Source of the DNA: an uncultured Chloroflexia bacterium
GTDB taxonomy: Bacteria; Chloroflexota; Anaerolineae; B4-G1; SLSP01
DNA: 64,000 nucleotides
Assembly (NCBI GenBank): GCA_963751345.1
Contig: CAVVUS010000043.1
Location: forward strand, 32,001-96,000
Direction of reading: 5' to 3'
Positions 10,578-21,103 of the stretch are shown one piece after another. The notes under the pieces were generated by a model. It had not been told where the DNA came from. It saw only the letters and a program-made list of their open reading frames with translations, and searched no databases. Numbering within the stretch: position 1 is the stretch's first letter; each line of letters begins with the position of its first letter. A program made the position numbers and the translations under genes.

Positions 10578-11729
10578 TCAATGTCGCCTGAGGAAAGCGG
10601 CGATACCAAGAACGATGGCGGCGCCTTGCAGCAGGATAGCCATCACCAATGGCCAATCCGGTCCGCTCGATTCATCGACTGCAGGCACATCGGTGGGCAA
10701 AGGGGTCCAGGTGGGGAAAAAAACCGAGGTGTCTTCCCCAGACTCCGCCCCCGCATTCTGCGTCGATCGAGCCGGAGGCGTGGGAGACGAGACCGGCAAT
10801 GTCGGCGGTCCCTCCTCGGACGCACCCAGCACGGTGGTGGGCAGCGGCGTTTCCCCGCCGGAAGGTGGCGTGGCCGCCGGGGCCTCCGGCGTGATCTCTA
10901 GCAGATCCAGGAATGGCGTGGCGGTCGGCGGCGACTCTCCCGGCGCAACCAGGCGAATGACGTCCTCTGCGACGGTCGTGCGATTCGCGCCATCCCTGAG
11001 CTCCGCGTAGACCGCATAATCACCGGGCACTTCGCCCGACAACGTCCACGGTAGAAGAGGTTCCCAGGGCTGCCATGGCACACCGTCGAAGTCCGGACTG
11101 TTGCTCAGCCGCACTTCAATAGCCTTACCGATCCACGTGCCATCACCAAGCGGCACGGCCTCTTCGTTTGTGAGCCGCAGGGCGATCATGGAGGACTCCG
11201 TCGTCTCGGCGCCGTCATTGATGAAAATCGGCAGCACCCCAGGGCGAGACCCGACATCGACGACGAAGTAGCGCACGCCGTTGTCGTCTGCATAGCCTAT
11301 CCCGGCTTCACGATATCTCGGGTCAATCAGGATCGACCATTCCGGATTACTCCGAAACCAGCGTAACGCATCCTCCGCCGTGCCTAGACCTGCCCAAAGA
11401 GCTTCATCGACCAGAAGCCCATCGTTCCATGCGTTATACCGCGCCTCGCGAATGCGCTGTTGGTAGCCGGACCCGTCAGAGCCCTCATGCGTCACCTGCC
11501 CCAGCGTGACCAGATCCGTGGCATGACCCTGGGCGGCTTGGGTCAACAATACTGAGGAGCCGAACGGCGCAAGCCCTTCGCTCAATCGAACCTGGTTGAT
11601 CAAGGCGAAGAGCAAACCGCCCGGGTCCACCTGGGCGAATGAGGGCGCAGGTGTCCCGAGAGGTATGACCAGACCCACGACCAAGCAGATCCATACCCCC
11701 AGAGCCACACTTCGGCTACGGCGTCTCAT
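10578..11729 (-). CDS. CAP/SCP-domain surface protein with C-terminal membrane anchor
   Basis: Signal peptide; INQVRxxxGL, HxGSDGS, YREAGIG; P/T stalk; TM helix + RRH. Confidence 0.75.
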   Translation of the reverse strand: MRRRSRSVALGVWICLVVGLVIPLGTPAPSFAQVDPGGLLFALINQVRLSEGLAPFGSSVLLTQAAQGHATDLVTLGQVTHEGSDGSGYQQRIREARYNAWNDGLLVDEALWAGLGTAEDALRWFRSNPEWSILIDPRYREAGIGYADDNGVRYFVVDVGSRPGVLPIFINDGAETTESSMIALRLTNEEAVPLGDGTWIGKAIEVRLSNSPDFDGVPWQPWEPLLPWTLSGEVPGDYAVYAELRDGANRTTVAEDVIRLVAPGESPPTATPFLDLLEITPEAPAATPPSGGETPLPTTVLGASEEGPPTLPVSSPTPPARSTQNAGAESGEDTSVFFPTWTPLPTDVPAVDESSGPDWPLVMAILLQGAAIVLGIAAFLRRH

Positions 11730-12513
11730 CCTCGGTTCCTCTCATAGCAGTCCGCATGGCGTCCAGCAGGGCCGGCGTAGCAGCGACAAATGGATCCGGC
11801 CGATAGGGAGTCCAAGGCTCTCCCGATACCGTGGAGACCACGCCGCCGGCCTCCATGATCAGCAGCGCACCGGCGGTCTGGTCCCACGGTTTCAGGTGGA
11901 CGCTGAAGTACCCATCGACCCACCCCGATGCGACGTAAGCCATATTCAACGCAGCAGATCCCAGGGCACGCATCGTGCGTCCCTGCGCCAGGAATGCATT
12001 GACGTATCGCCACATCCTCCGGCGGAGTTCGGATTCCTTGGGGGTGTCGATCGCGAAGATCGCAGAAGTGAGGGCCGTCGTGGTCGAAGTGTGGATCGGG
12101 GTCCCATTGAGGGTTGCCCCGCCGCCGGCACAGGCTGCAAAAGCGTGATCGCGCAGCGAATCGTAGACTACGCCGACCACCGGTACGCCATCCTCCACCG
12201 CCGCGATGGCCGTGCTGAAGTTTGGATTGTTCCGGGAGAAGTTGGTCGTGCCGTCAATGGGATCGACCAACCAACGCACGCGGGCATCCTGGGCGTCGGC
12301 CCCCGCTTCCTCCGACGTGACCGCGTGATCCGGAAAGGCCTCGCGAAGACGATCGAGGATGATAGTCTCCGCCCCGATGTCAGCATCCGTGACAATATCA
12401 CGGAAGCCCTTATCTGTAACATCGTGGTCGGTCCGCCAGACCATCCGCAGATAGGTGCCGACCTCACTGACAGCCTCCAGCGCAACATTGAGCCAGGTGC
12501 CGTAATCGCTCAT
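11716..12513 (-). CDS. suhB: Inositol monophosphatase family protein
   Basis: DIVTDAD, WLVDPIDGTTNF, GSAAL, PWDQ. Confidence 0.85.
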   Translation of the reverse strand: MSDYGTWLNVALEAVSEVGTYLRMVWRTDHDVTDKGFRDIVTDADIGAETIILDRLREAFPDHAVTSEEAGADAQDARVRWLVDPIDGTTNFSRNNPNFSTAIAAVEDGVPVVGVVYDSLRDHAFAACAGGGATLNGTPIHTSTTTALTSAIFAIDTPKESELRRRMWRYVNAFLAQGRTMRALGSAALNMAYVASGWVDGYFSVHLKPWDQTAGALLIMEAGGVVSTVSGEPWTPYRPDPFVAATPALLDAMRTAMRGTEDETP

Positions 12514-13946
12514 GGGGCGGGCGTCGCTTGCGGTGTTGACACCACGGGCGTGGTCGTCTCGGACGGGGCGGATGTCGGCGGAAGCTGGAAGCCGACGCCG
12601 GTGTTACACGCTGTCACGGCCGTATCCACGTAAGCATTGGCGTCCGCCTCCTCATCCTGCAGCGCCAACAACCCACGAAGCAGCGAGGCGCGGCAGGTAA
12701 TGCGATTGGTCGCCTGAGGCCACGCAACCCAGGCGCCGCTGTCGGCAGCATCGAGGGTCAACTGCCAGAGCCGGTCCTCGGTTGACACTGAAGTTGCCAC
12801 ACCAGCTTCGTCGAGCGCACTTTGGAGTACCGAGCGGCGCACCGGCACGAACTCGGTGGTCTCACCCCAATACCGCTGGGCCTCCGGCGCAAGAAACCAC
12901 GACATCACCTTGAGAGCGGCATCCTGTCGCTCCGAATCGGGCGCCGAGACCATCAACCCCGGACCATACCAGAGCGTAGGGCCTGGGCCGTCAGGTCCGG
13001 GCAATGGATCAAGTGATAGCTGGAAATTCCTGCCGGAGAGGATCGCACGCTCAATCTCCGGCAGGTATTCACTTGACTCAAAGATCATAGCCATCGAGCT
13101 CTTGCCCAGCCGTGATACCCCTATCTCTCGGTCCTCGTACAATGCGCCACAGTTGACGCCCAACACCGACTGCAGGAGAGACGCCGTACCGTGCCCCGCC
13201 GCATCGGCGAATTGATAATATCCGTCCGCGCCGACAACCTGCGACCCACTCGCAGCCAGGAACCCGAGAAAAATGCTGGATCTTGCCGGGATACCCACCC
13301 CAACTTGACCTCGCAGCGGATCCGTGGCGGCGCAAGCCGTTCGCCGCAGGTCCTCCCAGGTTGCCCGACCGGGATCATAGCCCAAGTCGGCCAGCCAATC
13401 GGCGTTGGTGTACGCCAGGTAGGTGGCGAGGCCTATCGGCAACGCCTGGGGGACGCCATCAACCCGGTAAAGGGACTGCGCCATAGGCAAAAAATCTCCC
13501 CACGCCTGCCGCATCTCCGGTGATTCCGAGGGGACGGCGCCGACCATGCCCAGGGCGGCGTAAGCCTGGAGGTCCTTCGGCCACACGGTCAGGAGATCAG
13601 GACGCTGCTCCGGGTCGGCCAGCAGCTTGTCCAGGACATCGCTCTGGAATTCGGTGACGAGAACGATGTTCCAGGGATTGTCGGCGTTGAAGCGATCGGT
13701 CAGCGTGTCAAGGGCGTTGGCCTCAGGGCCCGTGAAGGAGTGCCAAAGCACAATGATCTGCCGCTGATCGGCGCCCCGGACGGCGGCAGCGCCCTGGGTA
13801 ATCTGAGCGCCGGAGCCGCACCCCACCAGCAGAAACGATAGGCCCAGTATCAGGGCCGCGATGATGGACTGCGCCGGCCACAGGCGACCCAGCCGGCGGG
13901 AGGCTCGAGGAAACGCAACGTGCATGCCCTTTTCACGGGACGTCAT
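12510..13946 (-). CDS. Extracellular solute-binding lipoprotein (sugar/glycerol-3-phosphate family)
   Basis: Lipobox LVGC, LWHSFTG, FNADNP; no permease or ATPase adjacent. Confidence 0.75.
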   Translation of the reverse strand: MTSREKGMHVAFPRASRRLGRLWPAQSIIAALILGLSFLLVGCGSGAQITQGAAAVRGADQRQIIVLWHSFTGPEANALDTLTDRFNADNPWNIVLVTEFQSDVLDKLLADPEQRPDLLTVWPKDLQAYAALGMVGAVPSESPEMRQAWGDFLPMAQSLYRVDGVPQALPIGLATYLAYTNADWLADLGYDPGRATWEDLRRTACAATDPLRGQVGVGIPARSSIFLGFLAASGSQVVGADGYYQFADAAGHGTASLLQSVLGVNCGALYEDREIGVSRLGKSSMAMIFESSEYLPEIERAILSGRNFQLSLDPLPGPDGPGPTLWYGPGLMVSAPDSERQDAALKVMSWFLAPEAQRYWGETTEFVPVRRSVLQSALDEAGVATSVSTEDRLWQLTLDAADSGAWVAWPQATNRITCRASLLRGLLALQDEEADANAYVDTAVTACNTGVGFQLPPTSAPSETTTPVVSTPQATPAP

Positions 13947-13956
13947 ATGTCTGTAC

Positions 13957-15603
13957 CTACTGCCTACGAACCTGCACCAGTGAGTTTGGCGTCAAAGGCG
14001 CCTGGCGCCGAAGAGCCTGTCGTATCAGCGTCATCTCCTCGACACCCAGGATCCTTAACAAGACCAGATAGATCAAGGCGCCGCCGGCGGTGGCCGCGGC
14101 AATCCTCATCAGATAACCCAGAGATCCGGTCGGGACCAGCGGCTGCAGACCGTGCAGAATCCCTAACATTGGCAAGGCCATAGCCACAGACGCTCCAAGG
14201 GCCAACAGGGTCGTGCGGCCGACACGATAGGGGGAGAGACTGCCAACCTTGCGGGTGAAAAGAACGAGCATCAACAACGCGTGCGCCATCAGTTTCAGTG
14301 AGTTGGCAAGAATCAGCTCCCACAGGCGCGGCTCGTGGAACTGGATTGGCAAGAGCGCCATCGCAATATACAGGGCCACGGTACCCATCCCGACCAGGGC
14401 CGGGGTCCACGTATCCTTCCGGGCATAGAAGGCAAAGATCAGGGGCTGGTCCAGTGCAGCAAAAACCAGACCGAGGATCGAGAAACGGAGCACCTCCGCC
14501 GTGGCCACCGTGTCCGAAGGTTGGAACTGACCGCGCTGCAGCAGCACAGCCACCAGCGGCTCGGCCATCACCATGAGGCCCACGGCAGCCGGAAGCACAA
14601 GAATCAGTACCAATCGCAGTCCCTGGGCCAGAGTAGCCCGAAACGCCGGCTCGTCCGCACCGGCAGCATAGCGCGAGAGCGTCGGGAGAATCGCTACGGA
14701 GACGGCGGTGACGACCAGACCGAGAGGGAACTGGATCAACGTCGCGGCGTAGTTCATCCACGCGATGCCACTGGCACCGGTGCGCGAGGCGAGGTTGATG
14801 CTCAGCCCAACGGCGAACTGATCCACCAACAAGCCGACCCCGATGGGCAAGTAGAGCCGGCCGATCTGGATCAGGGCCGGATGCAGCGGGGAAGGCCACC
14901 GCTGATTCCGATCGGCGCGCCGTCCGAGGCGCGGAATCCGCAGGCGAATGCCGCGCAGGCCGGGAAGCTGGAAAGCTGCCTGGACGACTGTCGCAGCCAG
15001 CAATCCTATGGCGAGCGTCCGCACTCCCAGCGGCCCTCTGCCGAACAGGACGATCACCGCCACCATCGTCGCATTGTAGACAGCGCCGGTAAAGGCCGGA
15101 AGCCGGAAGCGCTGAAGCGAGTAGAGAACTGCCGACAGGAGACCGGCGACATTCAGGAAGAAGACCGCGGGGGCTGTGACCCGGACCATTGAGGATGCCA
15201 TATCCAGATAATCCGGAGAAAGCCCCCTTCCCAGTAGCCTGGCGACCACTGGCGCAGCGATCTCCAGGACAAAGACCAGCCCGGCCAGGATCAAGGCGAG
15301 GATGGTGAACACGTAGCCGAACACCTGCCAGAGCTCCTCACGGTCCTCGGAATGGGCGTAATCGGAGAAGACCGGCACCAGCGAGGAGCTGAGCATGCCG
15401 CCGACCAACTGGTCGTTGAACATCGTCGGCACCTTCGAGGCGACGTCAAAAGCACTGACCGCGCCGCCTGCGCCGAAGAAGTAGGATTTTGCCATCTCGC
15501 GGACCAGTCCGAGCGCCCTGCTGGCAACATTGCCGACGGACATTATGACGGCAGCGCGGGTAACCCGCCGTGCTTCGGTAGAGAGCCCTCCCTGGTCAGT
15601 CAT
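13957..15603 (-). CDS. murJ: Lipid II flippase MurJ (MviN)
   Basis: SRALGLVRE, LIQFPLG, FYARKDTWTP motifs. Confidence 0.92.
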   Translation of the reverse strand: MTDQGGLSTEARRVTRAAVIMSVGNVASRALGLVREMAKSYFFGAGGAVSAFDVASKVPTMFNDQLVGGMLSSSLVPVFSDYAHSEDREELWQVFGYVFTILALILAGLVFVLEIAAPVVARLLGRGLSPDYLDMASSMVRVTAPAVFFLNVAGLLSAVLYSLQRFRLPAFTGAVYNATMVAVIVLFGRGPLGVRTLAIGLLAATVVQAAFQLPGLRGIRLRIPRLGRRADRNQRWPSPLHPALIQIGRLYLPIGVGLLVDQFAVGLSINLASRTGASGIAWMNYAATLIQFPLGLVVTAVSVAILPTLSRYAAGADEPAFRATLAQGLRLVLILVLPAAVGLMVMAEPLVAVLLQRGQFQPSDTVATAEVLRFSILGLVFAALDQPLIFAFYARKDTWTPALVGMGTVALYIAMALLPIQFHEPRLWELILANSLKLMAHALLMLVLFTRKVGSLSPYRVGRTTLLALGASVAMALPMLGILHGLQPLVPTGSLGYLMRIAAATAGGALIYLVLLRILGVEEMTLIRQALRRQAPLTPNSLVQVRRQ

Positions 15604-15643
15604 CGCAGTCTGGGATTCTACTGTCTTTCAGGTCTGTGACAAG

Positions 15644-15680
15644 GCAAAGCGAGCCCGCCGTGCAGGCGGGCTCGCTTTGC
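15644..15680 (-). terminator. Intrinsic terminator downstream of the MFS gene
   Basis: Perfect 16-bp stem GCAAAGCGAGCCCGCC / GGCGGGCTCGCTTTGC. Confidence 0.75.
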
Positions 15681-15696
15681 ATCCCGAACCGCAGGG

Positions 15697-17221
15697 CTAA
15701 ATGTTTGACCCCAGCCCAGCCCGGGCATCTTCCTCTTTGGCAACCCGAACACCTTCCCGAATGTCAACCTTTGACAGCAGGTAGATACCGAGGACGAAGA
15801 AGAGGATCAGACTCATAATCGCGGGGCGGCTGCTGCCGAACAGGGCGACGGCGCCCGCGAAGAGAAGCGGACCCAGGATCGCCGAGAACTTCTCCATGAT
15901 GCCGAAGAGCCCAAAGAACTCGCCGCTCTTGGCCGCGGGCGACAGGCTTGCGTAGAGGCTGCGACTCAGCGCCTGGCTGCCGCCCTGGACGATCGCAACC
16001 ATCCACGCCAGAAGCCAGAACTCGACGACTGAGTGCAGGAAGTAACCCCAAACTGCAATCACGGCATAGACGATCAGGGCCAGGATAATGCTGCGCCGCG
16101 TGTCGAAAGAGGCCGCCAGACGAGAGAAGAGGAGTCTGCCAAACGCCAGGGAGAAGAGTATGCCGACCACCTGCACGACACCGATGAGGGCCAGGATCAT
16201 CCCGAGCCCGGTTGTGGGCAGCGTTCGGCCCCCGATTGCTCCGACCAGCGGGAGTGCCACCAGGTTGAAAACGACGAAGGCAAGGTAGGCGGGCCGCCGG
16301 GATTCCGACTTGCTCGGCAAGCGACCAAACAGAAGGCTGAAGGGTATCCCAACAAACTGGACCAGCAGCAGTGCCAGGACCAACTGAATGCTATCGAACC
16401 CTAACTCGACACCATAGATGCTGGCGACGCCAATGATGGTCCCAATGCCATCGTTGTAGATCAGAAACGCCAGAAGAAACCTGAAGAGCTCTCTATAGTG
16501 CCTGATGTCCTTGAGGACCTCGATGATCCGGCGGAAGCTGATTGCGACAACACTCTCCACGGACACACCCTCGACTGCCGCCGCCGGCGGCTCCGGCACA
16601 CGTCGGAAAAGAGGGATAGAAAACACCGCCCACCAGACGGCAACGCTCAGAAAGGATAGCCTTGGCCCCCACGTCCCCGGCAACAGGGCGATCATCCCGG
16701 CATTGATGGCCAGCAGGATGCCGCCACCCAGATAACCCAGTGCATAGCCCTTGGTAGACACCCGGTCGCGCTCGCCTTCCGCGGCGACGTGGGGCAGCAG
16801 AGCGTCATAGAAGACGTTGGCACTGGTAAAGCCTATCCGTGCAAAGACAAAGAGGATCGACGCAAGAAGCCAGCCTCCCGTCTGAACCAGGACCAGCAGA
16901 CCTGTGCCCACGATGCCTAAGGGTCGCGAAGAAGGCCAGAAAGCGCTTCTTACTACGCGCGACATCCGAGACCGTCCCCAGGATAGGCGCCAAAACCGCA
17001 ACGATCAGGAGCGAGATACTGAGACCCAAGCTCCAATAGGCCGTCGCGACGGCCTGCGAGGGCAGGGTGGCTCCGGCAACGCTGCTGTAGTAGACGGGCA
17101 GCACCGCGGCAAGGATCGTCGTGGCAAACGCGGAGTTGGCCCAGTCGTACATGCACCAGGCATTTGCGATCTGATTCCTGCTGAATCGCACCGCCGTCTG
17201 AGGCGCTGTCTCTGTCGTCAT
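15697..17221 (-). CDS. MFS transporter, UMF1/Atg22 family (frameshift near 16922)
   Basis: AWCMYDWANSAF, ANVFYDALL, GGSQALSRS, EFFGLF. Confidence 0.88.
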
Positions 17222-17256
17222 TGCCGCTCCTTCGCGTGTTGGGTCGAGGGTGTGGA

Positions 17257-19803
17257 TCACAGTATATCGACAGGGTCGATATCCACAATCCAGCCCGCGG
17301 GAATCCGGAGGGATCTGAGGAAGTCAGCAGGGGCAACGCTTCGCAGCAGGATCTGCCAGCGGTAGTGCCCGCGCACGCGGGCAAAGAACGCGGGCGCCGG
17401 GCCGATGAGGTCGGTGTGCGGCAGCCCCGCTTGAGTGAGCGCTTTACGTAGCTCGAAAGCCAGTTGTTCCGCGGCATGCCGGGCCTTGTCCGGGTCTCGA
17501 TGGGCGATGACCAGGCGGGCCAGCCGAATCGCCGGAGGATAGCCGGCCCTGCGCCGAAACGCCAGTTCGTGTTGTGCGAACGATTCGTAGTCGTGGGCAG
17601 CGGCGAACTGAATTGCATAGTGGTCCGGATGATAGGTCTGCATGATCACCTGTCCGCCGAGAATGCCCCGTCCCGACCGGCCTGCCACCTGGGCCAGAAG
17701 CTGGAAGGTCCGTTCCGCTGCCCGGAAGTCAGGGAGATTGAGCGCAGTATCGGCGGAGATAACACCGACGACGGTGACCTTGGGAATGTCGAGCCCGCGT
17801 GCGACCATCTGCGTCCCAACGAGAATATCGGCATCTCCCTGGGCAAAATGCTGCATGATCGCGGCGTGGGCGCCTCTGACGCGGACGACGTCCCGATCCC
17901 AACGCTGAATGCGGGCATCGGGCCACCTGTCGGCCACGTGGCTCACCAGCCCCTCGGTGCCCAGACCGAATGCCCGCACACGTCGTGACCCGCAGTTAGG
18001 ACACCGGTGAACGAGTTGCCGCTGATAGCCGCACCGGTGACAGACCAACGCCGACGCTTTGCGGTGTTGCGTCAGGGGTATGTCACAGCGCGGGCAGGTC
18101 GCGACCCAGCCGCAGTCTCGACAGAAGACGTACGTCGCAGACCCCCGTCGGTTGAGGAAAAGGATGACCTGCTCCCCACGCGCCAGGGCTTTATCGACCG
18201 CTTCTTGCAGCGCGCGGCTGAAAACGGCCCGGTTGCCGGACCTCAATTCGGCACGCATGTCGATGACGTCCACGGGGGGCAGTGGGATCGTGACGGCCTG
18301 CGTCGCTGCTTCCGACGTGGTCAGCCGCGCACCGGTGCCGGATACGTCGGCGAAGGGCCGGTACCGACTCTGCTGGAGATGCAGCACGCGCTGCCAGTCC
18401 GCGATTCGCTTGGCGTGGCTCAGCACGCGCGAGGGCAGTCGCAGCAGCCGATATCGACCTGTCTGCGCACGCCCATAGGCTTCCAGGGAGGGCGTCGCAC
18501 TGCCCATAATGAGAAGGGCGCCGTTGAGCCGCGCCAAATGCTCCGCCGCTTCTCGCGTGTGGTAGTAGGGCATCTGACCGTTCTTGTAGCTGGTGTCCTC
18601 TTCCTCGTCCATCACAATGAGCCCCAGGTCGGCAAAGGGCGCAAACAGCGCTGACCGGGCGCCGACGACGATGGATAGCTCCCCGCTGCGGACGCGCCGC
18701 CAGGTATCGTATCGTTCGCCATCGCTCATACCGCTATGCCAAAGACCCACCTGACCCGGGAAACGCACCACGAATCGACGCACGGTCTGGGGGGTCAAGC
18801 TGATTTCGGGAACCAGAATCAGCGCCTGCCTCTTTCGACGGAGCATCTCCGCCGCCGCACGCATATAGAGCTCCGTCTTGCCCGACCCTGTCACACCCAG
18901 GAGCAGCACCGGAGGAGGCGCCTGCACTCCCTGATCGACCAATGCCTGTAGCTCCTGCCATACAGCGCGCTGTCCGGACGTGAGCTGGGGCGGGCGATCC
19001 GGTGTGAATACCATCTCACCCAGCGGGTCACGGATCACCTCCTGGCGACTCCCGGTCACCAGCCCGCGCTCCTCGAGCTTGCGGATATGGTAGGTCCTCG
19101 CCCCCGTTTCGGCGCGGACGACACTGATCTCGACCGGCTCTGTTTCCCGCTCAAGGAATTCCAGGACCGACTCATAGAGATCCGTCTGCTTGAGCCTCGC
19201 CAGCCCTTCGCCCCACGTTTCCCTTGACGCTGCCAGCTGCACCATCGGCACCTTCAAGGGACTGACGTGGGGCATGCGCAGCAGACGCTCGACGGTGACG
19301 AGCCCTTTCCTCTTGAGATAGTAACGCGCTCGGGGAAGGTCGATCCCTTTCAGCGCAGAGCTGATCTGCGGGCCCCTCAAGGGCCCGCGATCGATGAGCA
19401 GCTGGAGCAGGGTCGCGGCCGGTGTCGGAACGTCCGGGGGCACGTGATTCACCCTCGCCGTCAACTTCAGATAGGCTTGGGGGCGCAGGCCGGGCGGCAA
19501 CATAAGCTGAACACAGCGGTGCAAGGGGGTCAGTGTCTCGCGCGACATCCAGCGAGCGAGCTGCAACAGTGACTCACTAAGCGCAGGCTCGGGCTCGAGC
19601 ACACTGAGGATCTCACGGGTATTCGGCACCGATGGCGCGCGGGAAAGCTCCATCACCATGCCGGGCAGAACCTGCGTGCGGAGTGGGACGACGACCAGAA
19701 CGCCGGGGGCCACGACCGGAGCCAATGCCTCAGGGATCTCATAGTCGAAAAACGGAGAATGGCGCAGCCGGATGGGCTGGAAGACGAGGACCTGTGCGTA
19801 CAC
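17257..19803 (-). CDS. priA: Primosomal protein N'
   Basis: GVTGSGKTE, VPEISLTPQ, GARSALF, four CxxC pairs, GTQMVARGLD, QVAGRSGR, VDIDP. Confidence 0.95.
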   Translation of the reverse strand: MYAQVLVFQPIRLRHSPFFDYEIPEALAPVVAPGVLVVVPLRTQVLPGMVMELSRAPSVPNTREILSVLEPEPALSESLLQLARWMSRETLTPLHRCVQLMLPPGLRPQAYLKLTARVNHVPPDVPTPAATLLQLLIDRGPLRGPQISSALKGIDLPRARYYLKRKGLVTVERLLRMPHVSPLKVPMVQLAASRETWGEGLARLKQTDLYESVLEFLERETEPVEISVVRAETGARTYHIRKLEERGLVTGSRQEVIRDPLGEMVFTPDRPPQLTSGQRAVWQELQALVDQGVQAPPPVLLLGVTGSGKTELYMRAAAEMLRRKRQALILVPEISLTPQTVRRFVVRFPGQVGLWHSGMSDGERYDTWRRVRSGELSIVVGARSALFAPFADLGLIVMDEEEDTSYKNGQMPYYHTREAAEHLARLNGALLIMGSATPSLEAYGRAQTGRYRLLRLPSRVLSHAKRIADWQRVLHLQQSRYRPFADVSGTGARLTTSEAATQAVTIPLPPVDVIDMRAELRSGNRAVFSRALQEAVDKALARGEQVILFLNRRGSATYVFCRDCGWVATCPRCDIPLTQHRKASALVCHRCGYQRQLVHRCPNCGSRRVRAFGLGTEGLVSHVADRWPDARIQRWDRDVVRVRGAHAAIMQHFAQGDADILVGTQMVARGLDIPKVTVVGVISADTALNLPDFRAAERTFQLLAQVAGRSGRGILGGQVIMQTYHPDHYAIQFAAAHDYESFAQHELAFRRRAGYPPAIRLARLVIAHRDPDKARHAAEQLAFELRKALTQAGLPHTDLIGPAPAFFARVRGHYRWQILLRSVAPADFLRSLRIPAGWIVDIDPVDIL

Positions 19804-19804
19804 G

Positions 19805-21091
19805 TTACCTATTTCCCTTGCCCCAGAGACTCTGGTAGATCCGGAGCAACTGCCGGCCCGTGCGCTGCCAGGAGAAATGCCGGGCTGCCCGATCTCGCAA
19901 CCGTACCCCCAGATCTTGCGCCGCAACGGGGTTCACGACCATGCTTTCAAGGGCACTTGCCAGGCCGTCCGCGTCACCCAGCGGAGAGGCATAGACCCCC
20001 AACGTCCCCAGATATTCCCGGCTCACCGGCGTATCGTAGGCCACCACGGGCAGCCCCATCGCCATATAATTCAGGATCTTTCCGCTGCCCTCCGTGGCGG
20101 AGAGCTTGGGCGCCACGGATACATCTCCAAGGGCCAGATACTCTGGGGCCTTCTCATAGGGTATCTTGCCCGTGAAGATCACGTCCTCGGGCGCCAGCCC
20201 AAGGTCGTGAGCGTAAGCGCTGTACCCTTCGACGTCGGGAAAACCCATGACGAGACACGAAACCGGGTGCTGCCGGGACCGTAGCCGGGCAAGCGCCTGA
20301 AGCAACTGTGGGATCCCCTGGTAATCCGCCAACAGTCCCAGGTAGACGATGACGGTACGGTCGCGGGGAATGCCCAGTCCGGCGCGCCGTTCGGCCCGCA
20401 CGTCGGGAGCCAGGCAAGTGGGGCAGAAGAAATCTAGGTTCACACTGTCGGGGAGCGGGTAGACCGACTCCGTGCGCCCGAATCCCCGCGCCAGCAGGGC
20501 CGCGCTGTGGGTCGTACTCGTGACGACTGCATCGGGCATCTCGATGATCCACGCCTCCAGGCTCCGCCACCAATCGTAGGCCAGCGTGTCTCGCTTGACG
20601 AAACCGTGATCGAGCATTTCACCCGTCAGGCTGCCCTGCAGATCGAAGACGACCGGAGCGCCGACGAGCCGCCCGACGATGCTGCCGATCAGCGCGCCCT
20701 CGTGAAGATGACCGTGAATCAGGTCGGGCCGCCAGGCCAACGCCGCGCGCAGCACCCTTCCAAAGAGCAGCGCATCAAAGACGATCTTGTGTCGCGATGA
20801 CCCCACTTCGTAGTCCGCGCGCCAGGGCGTGGGGCTGGAGCGGACGATGTCGAGGCCGGGCCAATCGCGTCCCAGGTAGTAGGTGGCGATCCGGACCTGC
20901 TCGCCGCGTGCCTGCAGCGCGCGGGCCTCCTCGAGAATGCGGACGTGACACCCGTAGTCCAGGAAGAAGGACGTAGGCGCCACCATCAGAATCCGATGGG
21001 GGACGTTCTGGCTCTCTCCCCCTCCGGGGGAGGAGCCGGGAGAGGGGTGGGAGGGGACGTTCCGTGGGGTGCGATCGCTCGTCGTCGCCAT
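19805..21091 (-). CDS. Glycosyltransferase family 4
   Basis: GT-B fold; HGHLHE, EGSGKILNYMAMGLPVV. Confidence 0.88.
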   Translation of the reverse strand: MATTSDRTPRNVPSHPSPGSSPGGGESQNVPHRILMVAPTSFFLDYGCHVRILEEARALQARGEQVRIATYYLGRDWPGLDIVRSSPTPWRADYEVGSSRHKIVFDALLFGRVLRAALAWRPDLIHGHLHEGALIGSIVGRLVGAPVVFDLQGSLTGEMLDHGFVKRDTLAYDWWRSLEAWIIEMPDAVVTSTTHSAALLARGFGRTESVYPLPDSVNLDFFCPTCLAPDVRAERRAGLGIPRDRTVIVYLGLLADYQGIPQLLQALARLRSRQHPVSCLVMGFPDVEGYSAYAHDLGLAPEDVIFTGKIPYEKAPEYLALGDVSVAPKLSATEGSGKILNYMAMGLPVVAYDTPVSREYLGTLGVYASPLGDADGLASALESMVVNPVAAQDLGVRLRDRAARHFSWQRTGRQLLRIYQSLWGKGNR

Positions 21092-21103
21092 ACTACCTGG
21101 AAG

